DNA from: a bacterium
Lineage (GTDB): Bacteria; Bacillota; Clostridia; Oscillospirales; Acutalibacteraceae
Reading direction: 5' to 3'
Length of the DNA stretch: 32,000 nt
Assembly (NCBI GenBank): GCA_963652165.1
Contig: CAVJRM010000001.1
Span: 91,793-123,792, forward strand
In this document: piece after piece, positions 1-9,976 of the stretch
Numbering within the stretch: position 1 is the first letter of the stretch
How the letters are laid out: each line of letters opens with the position of its first letter
Position numbers and translations under genes: made by a program
Notes under the pieces: generated by a model
What the model saw: the letters and a program-made list of their open reading frames with translations, nothing else
Databases searched by the model: none
What the model was told of the DNA's origin: nothing

Positions 1-636
1 AAAATCAAGGTTAATGAATCCGGGAACGGTAATAAGCTCTGATATGCTCTTAACGCCCTGAAGGAGAACTTCATCTGCCTTTGCAAATGCATCTTTGAAA
101 TGTGTGGATTTATTTTCGCCTACAAGAAGCTTTTGGTTAGGTATAACAACAAGAGAGTCAACGTTCTTCGCAAGTTTTTCAATGCCTGCCATTGCCTCGT
201 TCATTTTTCTTTTACCTTCAAAATTGAAAGGCTTTGTTACAACGCCGATAGTAAGGCAGTCCATTTCTTTTGCAATACCTGCAATAACCGGAGCAGCGCC
301 TGTACCTGTGCCGCCACCCATACCGGTGGTGATAAATACCATATCTGTGCCTTTAATTGCTTCGGAAATAGCATCGGAGCTCTCTTCGGCAGCTTTTGCG
401 CCAACCTCAGGCTTACCGCCTGCGCCTTGACCACGAGTTAATTTTTCGCCGATTTGGATTTTGTGAGTAGCTTTTGACTGCACAAGAACCTGCTTATCGG
501 TATTAACTGCAATAAATTCAGCACCTTGGATGCCTTCATCAATCATTCTGTTAACTGCGTTTCCGCCGCCGCCACCGACGCCGATAACTTTTATTTGAAC
601 TGCGCTTTCAAAATCATTATCAATTTCAAATGCCAT
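1..636 (-). CDS. ftsZ: Cell division GTPase FtsZ, N-terminal 212 codons; the rest lies beyond the window edge
   Basis: The minus-strand frame opens at ATG 636-634, with SD GGAGG (complement of 644-648), and runs off the window at position 1. My own translation reads [32 protein letters not shown]...[15 protein letters not shown], which carries the FtsZ/tubulin glycine-rich signatures. It is absent from the ORF track because it is truncated. Confidence 0.95.
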   Translation of the reverse strand, partial: MAFEIDNDFESAVQIKVIGVGGGGGNAVNRMIDEGIQGAEFIAVNTDKQVLVQSKATHKIQIGEKLTRGQGAGGKPEVGAKAAEESSDAISEAIKGTDMVFITTGMGGGTGTGAAPVIAGIAKEMDCLTIGVVTKPFNFEGKRKMNEAMAGIEKLAKNVDSLVVIPNQKLLVGENKSTHFKDAFAKADEVLLQGVKSISELITVPGFINLDF

Positions 637-760
637 ATATAAACCTCCATAGTATTAGTTATTTCAATACAAGCTTATAGTAACATATACATATAAAAAT
701 TACAAGAAAAACTTTTGTCAATATAATAAATTAAATTCAATATTTACATTTTGGCAACAA

Positions 761-1729
761 TTATGCTGCCTCATTTTCTTCATTTTCAGTATTTGTGTTT
801 TCCGAATTTTCCGATAATTCTTCTTCGTTGGAATTTTCTCCAACATTTTTATCGGTTTCTTCCGGAGTTTGAGCAGCAGCTTTGCTTTCATCATAGCTGA
901 TTAAATCATCCATGTTTTTATAATCCTTGGGAGCAAAAACCGCTTTTTTAATTTCACTTATATCAAGCTCACCGTATTGAGAAGTTGAAAGCTGATTTTC
1001 TTCATCAAGAGCCTTCTTTGCAAGAGCGAGTTTTTGAAGAATATTATTTGTATCACCGACTCTAATAATTATTCTGTCGTCGTAAATGAGATAGATTTTA
1101 CTGTCATCTTCAATGTTTATGTATTCAACGCCTTCAAATTCACTGTCTGTAATAGCTTGAGAAACTTCGGTAAGTGCCTCTTTTACGGGATCGTCACCAA
1201 CCTCATTTGTAAAGGGCAACTCCTTGCCAACCTCATAAGCGATCACATCGCTGTGGCCCTCTACGGTAATAATGTCGCTTCTATATTCCCCTGTAACCTC
1301 AAGCACCTTCATATTTTCATTTGTGATTGCAAAGATGCCTGTACCGATCATAACGGAATATGTTTCTTTCGCCTGCTCAACATTGATAACAATTGTTGAG
1401 GGCAATTTCTTTTTTATTTTTACATTATCGCAATAAGGTAAAAGCTGTTCGATTCTTTCCTCAGCTTCTTCATAATCAATAAAGAAAAGATTTTTCCCTG
1501 TTTCTATTCCACTTTTTTCTATAATTTCAGCGTTTGTGTAGGATGTTGTTCCCTTAACGGTGATATTTCTAACCCTAAACAATAAAAGGAACACTACCAC
1601 AAGTGCAATAATTATGAAGAAAGCACTTATTCCGCCTTTAACGATAAGCTTTCTTATTTTTCTTTTTTTCAGCACCTGCGCCCTTCTTGCCGCCTTAAGC
1701 TCAGGGGTAAGTTCCATTTCATTGCTCAT
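761..1729 (-). CDS. ftsQ: Cell division protein FtsQ/DivIB (single TM, POTRA-type ectodomain) with a 40-aa acidic low-complexity C-terminal tail
   Basis: The protein has a basic N-terminus, one TM helix (ISAFFIIIALVVVFLLLF) and then VRNITVKG...Y, a POTRA-like start. It sits between murG and ftsZ. SD GAGGA lies upstream of ATG 1729. The tail is ...EETDKNVGENSNEEELSENSENTNTENEENEAA. Confidence 0.8.
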   Translation of the reverse strand: MSNEMELTPELKAARRAQVLKKRKIRKLIVKGGISAFFIIIALVVVFLLLFRVRNITVKGTTSYTNAEIIEKSGIETGKNLFFIDYEEAEERIEQLLPYCDNVKIKKKLPSTIVINVEQAKETYSVMIGTGIFAITNENMKVLEVTGEYRSDIITVEGHSDVIAYEVGKELPFTNEVGDDPVKEALTEVSQAITDSEFEGVEYINIEDDSKIYLIYDDRIIIRVGDTNNILQKLALAKKALDEENQLSTSQYGELDISEIKKAVFAPKDYKNMDDLISYDESKAAAQTPEETDKNVGENSNEEELSENSENTNTENEENEAA

Positions 1730-1744
1730 TTATTTTCCTCTGAA

Positions 1745-2866
1745 TTAAACTAATTCACAAAGTGTTTTATATATTCTTTCTGTAGCATCGAGAACAGCCA
1801 TTTTACCTGCGTTCTCTCCGATTTTGTTAAGCTTTTCTCTGTCTGCAAGCAAGTCATTAACCATTGATGTAAGCTTATCTGCAGTAAGATCTTTTTCTTC
1901 AAGTATCAAAGCGGCATTGTTATTAACAAGTGCCATTGCGTTATGATATTGATGGTTTTCCGCAACATAAGGTGACGGGATCAATATTGACGCTTTTCCT
2001 AATGCTTGCAATTCACTGAGGGTGCTTGCACCGGAGCGACAAATAACTATGTCAGCGGCCGGAAGGCTTTTCGGAATATCAATATATTCGCAAATTCTTA
2101 CATTTTTATTATTTTCAAGAGATAATCCTTTTTCTTCAAGCTTTGAAGAAAAGTCTGTGCCATTCTTGCCGGTGGCATGAAGAAATACGCAATCATTATC
2201 TTTATACTTATTAAGAATTAAGCCGAGCATTGCATCATTTATGGGCTTTGCGCCGAGGGAGCCGCCCATTGAGAGAATTAATGGCTTTCCGTCAAGCTCA
2301 AGTTCTTTAACAGCTTCCTCTCTGCTTGTTTTAAGCAGATCGCCTCTTACAGGCAAGCCGGTTACAACCGGGGGATTCTTGCACTGCATATATTGCTCAG
2401 CTTTTTCGCTGGTTAACATAACTCTGTCAACTTCTTTGGCAAGAGCTTTATTTGTCACACCGGGAAATGCGTTTTGCTCATGAATGGCTGTGGGAATTTT
2501 CATTTTTGCGGCCATACGCAAAACAGGTCCGCTGACATATCCGCCAAAGCCAATTACAAGATCCGGCTTAAATTCTTTGATTATCTTTTTTACAGCTGAT
2601 GAGCTTCTGAGAAGAAGCCACAATGTTTTTATATTGTGTTTAATATCCGACCAACTGAATGAACGATAAAATCCCTGTATTTTAATGGTTTTGAGCTCAT
2701 AACCGGCTTGAGGCACAAGCTTTGATTCCATTTTTTCCGCAGTACCTACAAAAACAATCTCTGCAGATGGATTTTTTTCCTTTATATAACCTGCTGTACC
2801 GAGAGCGGGATTAATATGTCCACCTGTTCCCCCTGCAGCAATAAGTATTCTTTTGTTATCAAGCAT
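1745..2866 (-). CDS. murG: UDP-N-acetylglucosamine--N-acetylmuramyl-(pentapeptide) pyrophosphoryl-undecaprenol GlcNAc transferase MurG
   Basis: It has the N-terminal ILIAAGGTGGHINPAL motif, a GT28 C-terminal domain (SMGGSLGA..., ICRSGASTLSEL) and is 373 aa. It overlaps the ftsW stop by 8 nt. Confidence 0.95.
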   Translation of the reverse strand: MLDNKRILIAAGGTGGHINPALGTAGYIKEKNPSAEIVFVGTAEKMESKLVPQAGYELKTIKIQGFYRSFSWSDIKHNIKTLWLLLRSSSAVKKIIKEFKPDLVIGFGGYVSGPVLRMAAKMKIPTAIHEQNAFPGVTNKALAKEVDRVMLTSEKAEQYMQCKNPPVVTGLPVRGDLLKTSREEAVKELELDGKPLILSMGGSLGAKPINDAMLGLILNKYKDNDCVFLHATGKNGTDFSSKLEEKGLSLENNKNVRICEYIDIPKSLPAADIVICRSGASTLSELQALGKASILIPSPYVAENHQYHNAMALVNNNAALILEEKDLTADKLTSMVNDLLADREKLNKIGENAGKMAVLDATERIYKTLCELV

Positions 2867-4094
2867 CTTTTTTCACCCGTCTATTATCTTTTGATATTGA
2901 AAGCATTATGCCCATACTTGCAAGATTAACCACCATTGATGAACCGCCGTTACTGAAGAAAGGCAAGCTGATACCGGTGTTTGGCAAAAGGGATGTTGCA
3001 ACAGCAACATTTATAAGCACCTGCAAAGCCATTTGCGTACTGATTCCCAGCGCAACCAGTCTTCCATAAGTGGTTTTTGTTTTGAATGCTATCTTGAATC
3101 CGAGATAAACAAGCACTCCATAAGCAGCAAGCATCAAAATAGCGCCGAAAAATCCAAGTTCCTCGCCGAGGACCGCAAAAATAAAGTCATTTTCTTTCTC
3201 TTGAAGATTGCTGATTTTTTGGCCTGAATTACCGTATCCCACGCCGAAAAGTCCGCCTGAGCCTATGCCGTATAGGGATTGTAAAACTTGACGGGCTTTA
3301 TTAAGTTTTTCGTTTGAGGTAAGTTCCCCGTTAAAGAGTATTTTTTTCCAAATAACAATTCTCTCTGCCTGATAATCTTTTAGGAGAGGAATTGATTCAG
3401 GCTTCCAAGCCACAATTAAAAATCCGACAATAACAACAGCAGTAATTCCTAAAAAACATTTCTTATCCATATCAGCATACCACATCATTGCGTAGCCGAT
3501 ACAAAGATAAAGGAGGCAGCCCGAAAGATGGCTTTCCAATAAGATCATAACACCGTAAAATATTGTGATTCCCAAAAAAACAAAAAAGCTGGATACTTTA
3601 TCTTTTGACTTTTTATATTTATCCATAAGGTATGCAAGGCACATTATAAGAGTAACTTTTCCCAGCTCTGATGGTTGAAAGAAAAAGAACCAACGATGTG
3701 TGCCATTATAGTCCGTTCGAAAGAAAACAGCCACAAGGAAGATTGTGGCAAATGCCATAAGAAAAGGCGATATTTCTTTAATCACGCTAACCTTTATTTT
3801 GGATATGATTATCATTATTGCAATGCCACCAAAGGCGAACAACGCTTGTTTCAAAATTGAATTGCTCGCTGAAGAGAGAACAATAAGTCCGTAAACGACA
3901 AGTGCAATAACCACACAAAGGTAAGCAATATCGAAATTAAGCCAGCCTTCGTTAAAAACCTTTTTCGGAGATTTCACAAATTCTGTAATAACCTTTTTGG
4001 GACCTAAAATTATTTGCTGCAATTCCGGCTTAATTATCTTATTCCACCAGTTTTCAATAGTACCGACCGGCTTCTCATTTATATTTTCTTCCAT
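2859..4094 (-). CDS. ftsW: SEDS-family peptidoglycan glycosyltransferase FtsW/SpoVE
   Basis: It is a polytopic membrane protein with the C-terminal SEDS motif LPNTGISLPFFSNGGSSMV. I moved the start to ATG 4094 (MEENINEK), preceded by GGAGGTG, rather than the track start at 4121. Confidence 0.9.
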   Translation of the reverse strand: MEENINEKPVGTIENWWNKIIKPELQQIILGPKKVITEFVKSPKKVFNEGWLNFDIAYLCVVIALVVYGLIVLSSASNSILKQALFAFGGIAIMIIISKIKVSVIKEISPFLMAFATIFLVAVFFRTDYNGTHRWFFFFQPSELGKVTLIMCLAYLMDKYKKSKDKVSSFFVFLGITIFYGVMILLESHLSGCLLYLCIGYAMMWYADMDKKCFLGITAVVIVGFLIVAWKPESIPLLKDYQAERIVIWKKILFNGELTSNEKLNKARQVLQSLYGIGSGGLFGVGYGNSGQKISNLQEKENDFIFAVLGEELGFFGAILMLAAYGVLVYLGFKIAFKTKTTYGRLVALGISTQMALQVLINVAVATSLLPNTGISLPFFSNGGSSMVVNLASMGIMLSISKDNRRVKKDA

Positions 4095-4124
4095 GTGCTC
4101 ACCTCCTCTTGTACAGATCACAAT

Positions 4125-5486
4125 TTATCTTTTATCAAAATAATCGTATATGTTGAAGATAACATCTTCTAATTTCATTCCACGGCTCGCCTTAAAGAGC
4201 ACAGCATCTCCACTTTTAAGTTCTGAATACAGATCCAAAGAAAGCTTTGATTTATCGACATAACTTCTTACATCTTTTAAGCCAAGCTTTTCAGCTTCTA
4301 ATGCAGCGGCAAGAGATTTTTCTCCGTAAGTAAATAAAATATCAATTCCGTTATTTACTGCATATTGGCCTACAAGCTTATGAGCTGTTTCGCTGTAATC
4401 GCCAAGTTCAAGCATATCACCTATAACAGCGATTTTTCTTTTTGCATTTACATTTCCCAAAACAGACATTGCAGCGGCTTGAGAATCGGGACTTGCATTA
4501 TAACAATCCTCTATAAATGTGATCCCGTTTCTTTTTACCATTTTTTGCCTAAAGCCTGTGGTTTTATAATTTTTAAGTGCTTCTAATCCTTTTTTTACAT
4601 CCACGCCAAGTTTTTCACCAGCAGCAACAGCAGCAAGGCTGTTATAGATGTAATGGCGGCCCACAAAGGGAAGGCAAACCCCAACGGGGCCGCCACTGAA
4701 ATCACAGTCAAATGTGATTTCTTCATCTATGGAGGTAATATTACGTGCTTTAAAAGCACAACCGGTATTCTCAATTCCGTAATAAGTAACAGGATGAGTG
4801 CCACAGTTTGCCTTACTGAGCATATCATCGTCACCGTTTAAGATAATAGGTGCATTTGGATTCATGCCTTCAAGTATTTCCATCTTAGCTTTAAGTATTC
4901 CTTCTCTTGAACCAAGATTTTCAATATGAGAAACGCCTATATTTGTAATAAGTGCAACATCAGGCTTTACAGCCTTTGTCATTCTGGAAATTTCATTAAA
5001 ATGACTCATACCCATTTCAATAACGGCTGCTTCATATGTTTCATCAAGTCTGAAAAGTGTAAGAGGTACGCCAATTTCATTATTAAGGTTACCCTCGTTT
5101 TTTAAAGTTTTATATTTAGAACTAAGCACAGTCCAAACCATTTCTTTTGTGGTAGTTTTTCCGACTGAGCCGGTAACGCCCACGAAAGGAATATTAAACA
5201 AACTTCTGTAATAACCCGCTAGGTCAAGCAGAGCAATTCTTGTATCTTTAACTAAAATTTGTTTTTCGGAAAGTCCGCAATCTTTATGTACCATTACAGC
5301 GGCTGCGCCTAGTTCGAGGGCCTTTTTTGCATAGTCATGCCCATCAAAGTTATCCCCTTCAAGAGCTATAAACAAACATCCCTCTTGAATTTTACGGGAA
5401 TCGGTACTGATACTGTTAAATTTTCCATCAAGGGTTGTTTTTGTCCCTACAGCTTCAGCAGCTGATTTGAAAGAAATAGGTACCAT
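4125..5486 (-). CDS. murF: UDP-N-acetylmuramoyl-tripeptide--D-alanyl-D-alanine ligase MurF
   Basis: It shows Mur ligase architecture with P-loop GVTGSVGKTTTKEM, is 453 aa, and follows murE. Confidence 0.93.
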   Translation of the reverse strand: MVPISFKSAAEAVGTKTTLDGKFNSISTDSRKIQEGCLFIALEGDNFDGHDYAKKALELGAAAVMVHKDCGLSEKQILVKDTRIALLDLAGYYRSLFNIPFVGVTGSVGKTTTKEMVWTVLSSKYKTLKNEGNLNNEIGVPLTLFRLDETYEAAVIEMGMSHFNEISRMTKAVKPDVALITNIGVSHIENLGSREGILKAKMEILEGMNPNAPIILNGDDDMLSKANCGTHPVTYYGIENTGCAFKARNITSIDEEITFDCDFSGGPVGVCLPFVGRHYIYNSLAAVAAGEKLGVDVKKGLEALKNYKTTGFRQKMVKRNGITFIEDCYNASPDSQAAAMSVLGNVNAKRKIAVIGDMLELGDYSETAHKLVGQYAVNNGIDILFTYGEKSLAAALEAEKLGLKDVRSYVDKSKLSLDLYSELKSGDAVLFKASRGMKLEDVIFNIYDYFDKR

Positions 5487-5495
5487 TTAAAAACC

Positions 5496-6923
5496 TCATT
5501 TAAGAAAAGATGCAACAACTTCTCTTTCATCATAATGAATTTTACCTGTTGAAAGTATTTGATAAGTTTCGTGGCCTTTGCCTGCAAGCACAACCACATC
5601 ACCCGCTTCAGCAATTGAAAGAGCCTTGCCTATTGCTTTGGTGCGATCAACTTCAACTATTATTTTTGCTTTATGTTTAGCAGTTCCGGCAATCACATCA
5701 TTTACAATGGTATCGGGGTCTTCTGTCCTCGGATTATCCGATGTAATAATTGCCACATCGGCAAGATTTGCACCGATACTGCCCATAAGCGGGCGCTTTG
5801 TTTTGTCCCTGTCGCCACCGCAACCGAACACGGCAATTATTTTCCCTTCCGTAACCTCACGAAGAGATTTCAAAACATTTTCAAGGCCATCGGGAGTGTG
5901 CGCATAATCTATAATCACGGAATAAGGTGTATCGGTAGGTACAACTTCCATTCTGCCAGGAACGCCTCCGATTTGAGAAACCGCCTCAAGGGTTTTTCCA
6001 AAATCAAAGCCAAGCTCAATAAGGCAAACGATTGCTCCCATAGAATTATATACGTTAAACAAGCCGGGAACATTGAAAGAAACCCTGCCTATATTTTTGT
6101 TGCTTACAAGTTCATATTTAACTCCCGATGAGGATGACCTGATATTTTTAGCGGAATAATCACTTGTGTTTTTTTCTATTGAAAAGCTGACAGTACGACA
6201 GTTTGTACCGGAAACCATATATTCCGCTGCTTCATCATCGGCGTTTATAATTGCAAGATCTGCATTTTCAAAAAGCATGTGCTTTGCTTCTTTATAATTT
6301 TCAAATGTTCCGTGGTAATCAAGATGATCCTGCGTCAAATTTGTAAATATTGCGGCATCAAAATGAACACCGTCAACTCTATACTGAGCAAGTGCTTGAG
6401 AGGAAACCTCCATAACGCAATATTCACACCCACATGCAACCATTTTCGCAAACAAATCAAAAAGGTCATTTGCATCCGGAGTAGTCAAGCTTGAGGGCAT
6501 CTCTGTATCACCGATCATATTTTTAACAGTGCCTATCATTCCCGCTTTTATACCCAGGCAATCAAAAATATTTTTTATTGCAAAAGCTGTGGTAGTTTTT
6601 CCGTTAGTTCCTGTTATTCCGATAAGTTTAAGATTTCTTTCCGGATGAGAATAAAATGCAGCACAAAGATTTGTATAAGCGGCGCGAGTGTTTTCAACGA
6701 TTATTTGATTTTTAACACCTATATCACGGCTTACAACGACTGCAGCTGCTCCTGCTTCAATCGCCTCGGCAGCTTTATCGTGACCATCGAAGTGCTTTCC
6801 CTTTATGCACACGAATATACACCCCGGGCAAACAGCCGAGGAATTATCGGTAATTTTAGTTACCTCTTTATCTTCAAAATTGCCACTGTATGAAATATCG
6901 GCGACAAGTGCAGAAATTTTCAT
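5496..6923 (-). CDS. murE: UDP-N-acetylmuramoyl-L-alanyl-D-glutamate--2,6-diaminopimelate ligase MurE
   Basis: It has P-loop GITGTNGKTTT. The C-terminal DNPR motif (ITSDNPRTEDP) is the signature associated with meso-DAP-adding MurE enzymes. Confidence 0.93.
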   Translation of the reverse strand: MKISALVADISYSGNFEDKEVTKITDNSSAVCPGCIFVCIKGKHFDGHDKAAEAIEAGAAAVVVSRDIGVKNQIIVENTRAAYTNLCAAFYSHPERNLKLIGITGTNGKTTTAFAIKNIFDCLGIKAGMIGTVKNMIGDTEMPSSLTTPDANDLFDLFAKMVACGCEYCVMEVSSQALAQYRVDGVHFDAAIFTNLTQDHLDYHGTFENYKEAKHMLFENADLAIINADDEAAEYMVSGTNCRTVSFSIEKNTSDYSAKNIRSSSSGVKYELVSNKNIGRVSFNVPGLFNVYNSMGAIVCLIELGFDFGKTLEAVSQIGGVPGRMEVVPTDTPYSVIIDYAHTPDGLENVLKSLREVTEGKIIAVFGCGGDRDKTKRPLMGSIGANLADVAIITSDNPRTEDPDTIVNDVIAGTAKHKAKIIVEVDRTKAIGKALSIAEAGDVVVLAGKGHETYQILSTGKIHYDEREVVASFLK

Positions 6924-6952
6924 TATTCTTTCCTCCGTGAAAGTTAAAACTC

Positions 6953-9379
6953 TTAGGTATCACCCACATCATTATAGGATTTAAAGTAAACAGTAACTAT
7001 TGTGCCGTATTCAACCTTTTCTCCCGCAGCTACACTCTGATCATAAGATACAACACCGCTGCCGGAAGCTCCTGAAATTCTTACATTTACGCCTTCAGAT
7101 GCAGCATATTTCTTAACTTCGCTTATTCCGCGACCGGTAAGATCAGGTACTGTTACTTCATATTTTTCTTCATTTTCTGTTGTGTATATTGCTATTACGC
7201 CGCCTTGAGGAATTGTTTGGCCTCCGGCAGGACTTTGGCTCACAACAGTTGAACCATTGCCAATTACTCTAACTGAGAAGCCCACTTCTTCAAGCTCGTC
7301 TTGAGCCTCGTCCACAGCTTTACCTATTACGCCCGGTGTTGTTGTATCAAGCTCTTCAAGTTCATCATCTGTATACTGTCTTTCAACTCCGAGATATTCA
7401 AGAACTGTTTCAACAACCTTTGCGGCAACGGGAGCACAAACAGTACTGCCGTTAATTTCGCTTTGTGGCTCATCAACAATAATCAAAACAGCAATTTCGG
7501 GGTCATCAGCCGGTGCAAAGCATCCGAAAGATGCAATATATGTACCTTTGAGCTGATACTTTTGAGTCGTACCGGTTTTACCTGCCACTCTGTAGCCTGC
7601 AACATATCCGTTTTTACCGGTACCGCTTTTTACAACATCTTCCATCATAGAAGCAACCTCTTCGGCCGTTTCTTCGGAAACCACCTGTCGCTTAACAGTG
7701 GGCTCTGTTTTGCTGATTACATTTCCTTCGCTGTCAAGCTCCTCAGACACAAGATAGGGCTGCATAAGTTTACCGCCGTTTGCAATACAGGAAATTGCCG
7801 TAATCATTTGAATTGGCGTTACGCTAAAAGTTTGTCCGAAAGATTCACTTGCAAGAGCAACTCTTGTAAGCTGATCCTCTGTATAATATATTGAATTTGC
7901 TTCTTCAAGGCTTTCAATTCCGGTTTTTTCCGTAAATCCAAACGCTTTGAAATATTCATAAAATTTTTCAGCGCCGAGAGTAAGACCAACCTTAATAAAG
8001 AACGGGTTGCAAGAATGCATCAAGCCTTCTCTGAGTGTTTGAGTTCCGTGACCTGAAGCCTGATGACAATTAAATGTTCTGTCATCAACAACTGTTGAAC
8101 CACTGCAATAATATGTAAAATCATCACCGAGTGCATCTTCTTCAAGTGCAGCTGCGGCAAGAAAGATTTTGAAAACCGAACCGGGGTGATAAGTTTCGGA
8201 AACCGTATAGTTATTCCATTGCTCAAGGCTGAAATATTTTTTGAGGCTCTTTGAATGAAGCGACAGACGTTCTTCGTAATCTTTTGTGTTTTCAATTTCA
8301 TTAAGAGCTTCTTCAGGGTCTTTAACAGAAGTATCCTCTAAAAAATACTTTTCAAGATATTCATAATTTTCATTTTTTATAGATTTATCAAGTTCATTCT
8401 GGTAATACTCATTAAGGTTGCTCGGATTATTAAGGTCATATCCTCCTTTATATCCAACGCAATCCATACCGAGAATTGCCCCGGTATCAACATCCATAAC
8501 TATACCGTAAGCACCGATGCCACCGCTGGATTCGTAAACAGACTGGAGCTGTTCCTCAAGGCAGTATTGAACCGTTTCATCTATTGTAAGCACAAGGCTT
8601 GTGCCGTCTTTCGCTTCATAAGTCGTTTCGTTATCACTATCCACATTAGTGCCATAAGATTTAACTTTACCGTCTTGGCCTGAAAGAGTTGAATTATAAT
8701 AGCTCTCTATGCCACTTACGCCATTACCGTCGGAATTAACCGTGCCTATGAGCGATGATGCAAATGTGCCCATGGGATAATAACGCTTTGTATCTTCTTC
8801 AAGACCGATTACATCACTGTATTTATAACTTTTTGTAGTGACTTCACCATCAGTATAAAATGACTTTTTATATGTCCTATGCTTTAAACAATTAGTAGCA
8901 CAATCCTTTGCGGAAGTTTCGCCGCAATCAACAAGCTTTTTCTCTGCAAGCTCCATTTTGGATTTAACCACTTCTCTATGAGCTACAACAAGCTCACCTT
9001 CCTCGGCTTTTTCCGTTTCGGTTGCTTCCATAAGGTCATCATACTCAAGCTCAAGAGCATCTGCTACGTCATGACAAACTTGGCTTCTGAAATCTTCATC
9101 CGTAAAATTTTCGGGTATCAGATAAATTTTCCATGCCTTAGCACTCTGCGCAAGCACATTCCCATTTGCATCGTAAATAACTCCCCTTGTGGCACTGATA
9201 GTTTCCTCGTTCCACTGGGCAGCAGTTGCATATTTTTTGTACTCATCTGCATTTATAATTTGAACATTAACAAGGCGGGCGATAACGGCGACAGTTGCGG
9301 CAATAAGAATACAAGCAAGAAATCTTGCGTTTTTCTTTGCTCTTATATAAGGATTTTCTTCCTTGCGTTTCTCTTGCAT
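6953..9379 (-). CDS. Class B penicillin-binding protein (FtsI/PBP2B/SpoVD type transpeptidase) with two C-terminal PASTA domains; unusually long at 808 aa
   Basis: It has an N-terminal TM anchor and the transpeptidase motifs SVFK (Ser about aa 401), HSCN and KTGTT. Two PASTA-like repeats lie at the C-terminus (VIGKAVDEAQDELEEVGFSVRV... and VPDLTGRGISEVKKYAASEGVNVRI...). It occupies the dcw position after ftsL. Confidence 0.92.
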   Translation of the reverse strand: MQEKRKEENPYIRAKKNARFLACILIAATVAVIARLVNVQIINADEYKKYATAAQWNEETISATRGVIYDANGNVLAQSAKAWKIYLIPENFTDEDFRSQVCHDVADALELEYDDLMEATETEKAEEGELVVAHREVVKSKMELAEKKLVDCGETSAKDCATNCLKHRTYKKSFYTDGEVTTKSYKYSDVIGLEEDTKRYYPMGTFASSLIGTVNSDGNGVSGIESYYNSTLSGQDGKVKSYGTNVDSDNETTYEAKDGTSLVLTIDETVQYCLEEQLQSVYESSGGIGAYGIVMDVDTGAILGMDCVGYKGGYDLNNPSNLNEYYQNELDKSIKNENYEYLEKYFLEDTSVKDPEEALNEIENTKDYEERLSLHSKSLKKYFSLEQWNNYTVSETYHPGSVFKIFLAAAALEEDALGDDFTYYCSGSTVVDDRTFNCHQASGHGTQTLREGLMHSCNPFFIKVGLTLGAEKFYEYFKAFGFTEKTGIESLEEANSIYYTEDQLTRVALASESFGQTFSVTPIQMITAISCIANGGKLMQPYLVSEELDSEGNVISKTEPTVKRQVVSEETAEEVASMMEDVVKSGTGKNGYVAGYRVAGKTGTTQKYQLKGTYIASFGCFAPADDPEIAVLIIVDEPQSEINGSTVCAPVAAKVVETVLEYLGVERQYTDDELEELDTTTPGVIGKAVDEAQDELEEVGFSVRVIGNGSTVVSQSPAGGQTIPQGGVIAIYTTENEEKYEVTVPDLTGRGISEVKKYAASEGVNVRISGASGSGVVSYDQSVAAGEKVEYGTIVTVYFKSYNDVGDT

Positions 9380-9411
9380 AACTGTCCTCCTTTCGTCTGC
9401 CTTTACAAGCT

Positions 9412-9444
9412 AAAAAAAGCTGTCCCAATTTTCGTTGAGACAGC
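9412..9444 (-). terminator. Intrinsic-terminator-like hairpin between ftsL and the PBP gene
   Basis: The minus strand reads GCTGTC-tcaacgaaaattgg-GACAGC followed by TTTTTTT. This is a 6-bp stem (9419-9424 / 9439-9444) plus a U-tract (9412-9418), placed in the 74-nt gap inside the dcw operon. Confidence 0.5.
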
Positions 9445-9453
9445 ATGGCAGGC

Positions 9454-9942
9454 TCATTCGTCCTGCATATCTGCATTCAGAGCTTTACCATCCGCTATAA
9501 CTACCTTGTCGCCATCCCTGTCCTCAAAGTAGTGAATTTGATAACGCTCAGCTTTTTGCATACCTAATACGGAAACCGCATATTCTTGAATCTTGTCCGC
9601 AGACACCGCTGCACTAACGGCGGCATTAAGCCTGACATTTTCGGCTTCCGCCTGCTCAATTTGTGACTGAAGAGTTGTGATTGTTTTATTATTCGCCACA
9701 ATTGAATTATTAAGATGCATAAGAATTGTGGACATTATAAGAAGAATTATTGCAGCCGTGATAAATGTAATGGCCATCACAAGCTTATTCACCTGTGTTT
9801 TCGGTGCAGGCCTTACAACATTTTTTTGTATGGTTCTTTTTTCTTGCTGAACCTCTGGAAATTCATATTCAGTTAATTTCGGAGCGGCTGAAGAAACAAA
9901 AGGCGAAGGAACAATTCCGGGAATATAGTCAAAATCGTCCAA
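9454..9942 (-). CDS. ftsL: Cell division protein FtsL (septum formation initiator family)
   Basis: It has a single TM (VMAITFITAAIILLIMSTILMHL), then a coiled coil, then a ...IQEYAVSVLGMQKAE motif typical of FtsL. It sits between rsmH and the PBP gene. The start is TTG 9942, with GGAGG 9 nt upstream. Confidence 0.7.
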   Translation of the reverse strand: MDDFDYIPGIVPSPFVSSAAPKLTEYEFPEVQQEKRTIQKNVVRPAPKTQVNKLVMAITFITAAIILLIMSTILMHLNNSIVANNKTITTLQSQIEQAEAENVRLNAAVSAAVSADKIQEYAVSVLGMQKAERYQIHYFEDRDGDKVVIADGKALNADMQDE

Positions 9943-9976
9943 TTTTTCAGCCCCTCCTTTCTGATAATCAATTAGA

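Noticed and set aside
5673-7894. Long plus-strand ORFs (5673-6131, 152 aa; 7301-7894, 197 aa) lie antisense to murE and the PBP gene. Similar antisense ORFs lie at 1034-1399, 9795-10286, 13235-13621, 19019-19360, 27281-27718, 30455-30865 and 30948-31406.
   Set aside because: Each lies entirely within, and opposite to, a gene with strong family motifs. Their translations are low-complexity (Cys/Phe/Asn/Ile-rich or Ser/Pro/Leu-rich). None has a convincing SD. They are shadow ORFs.
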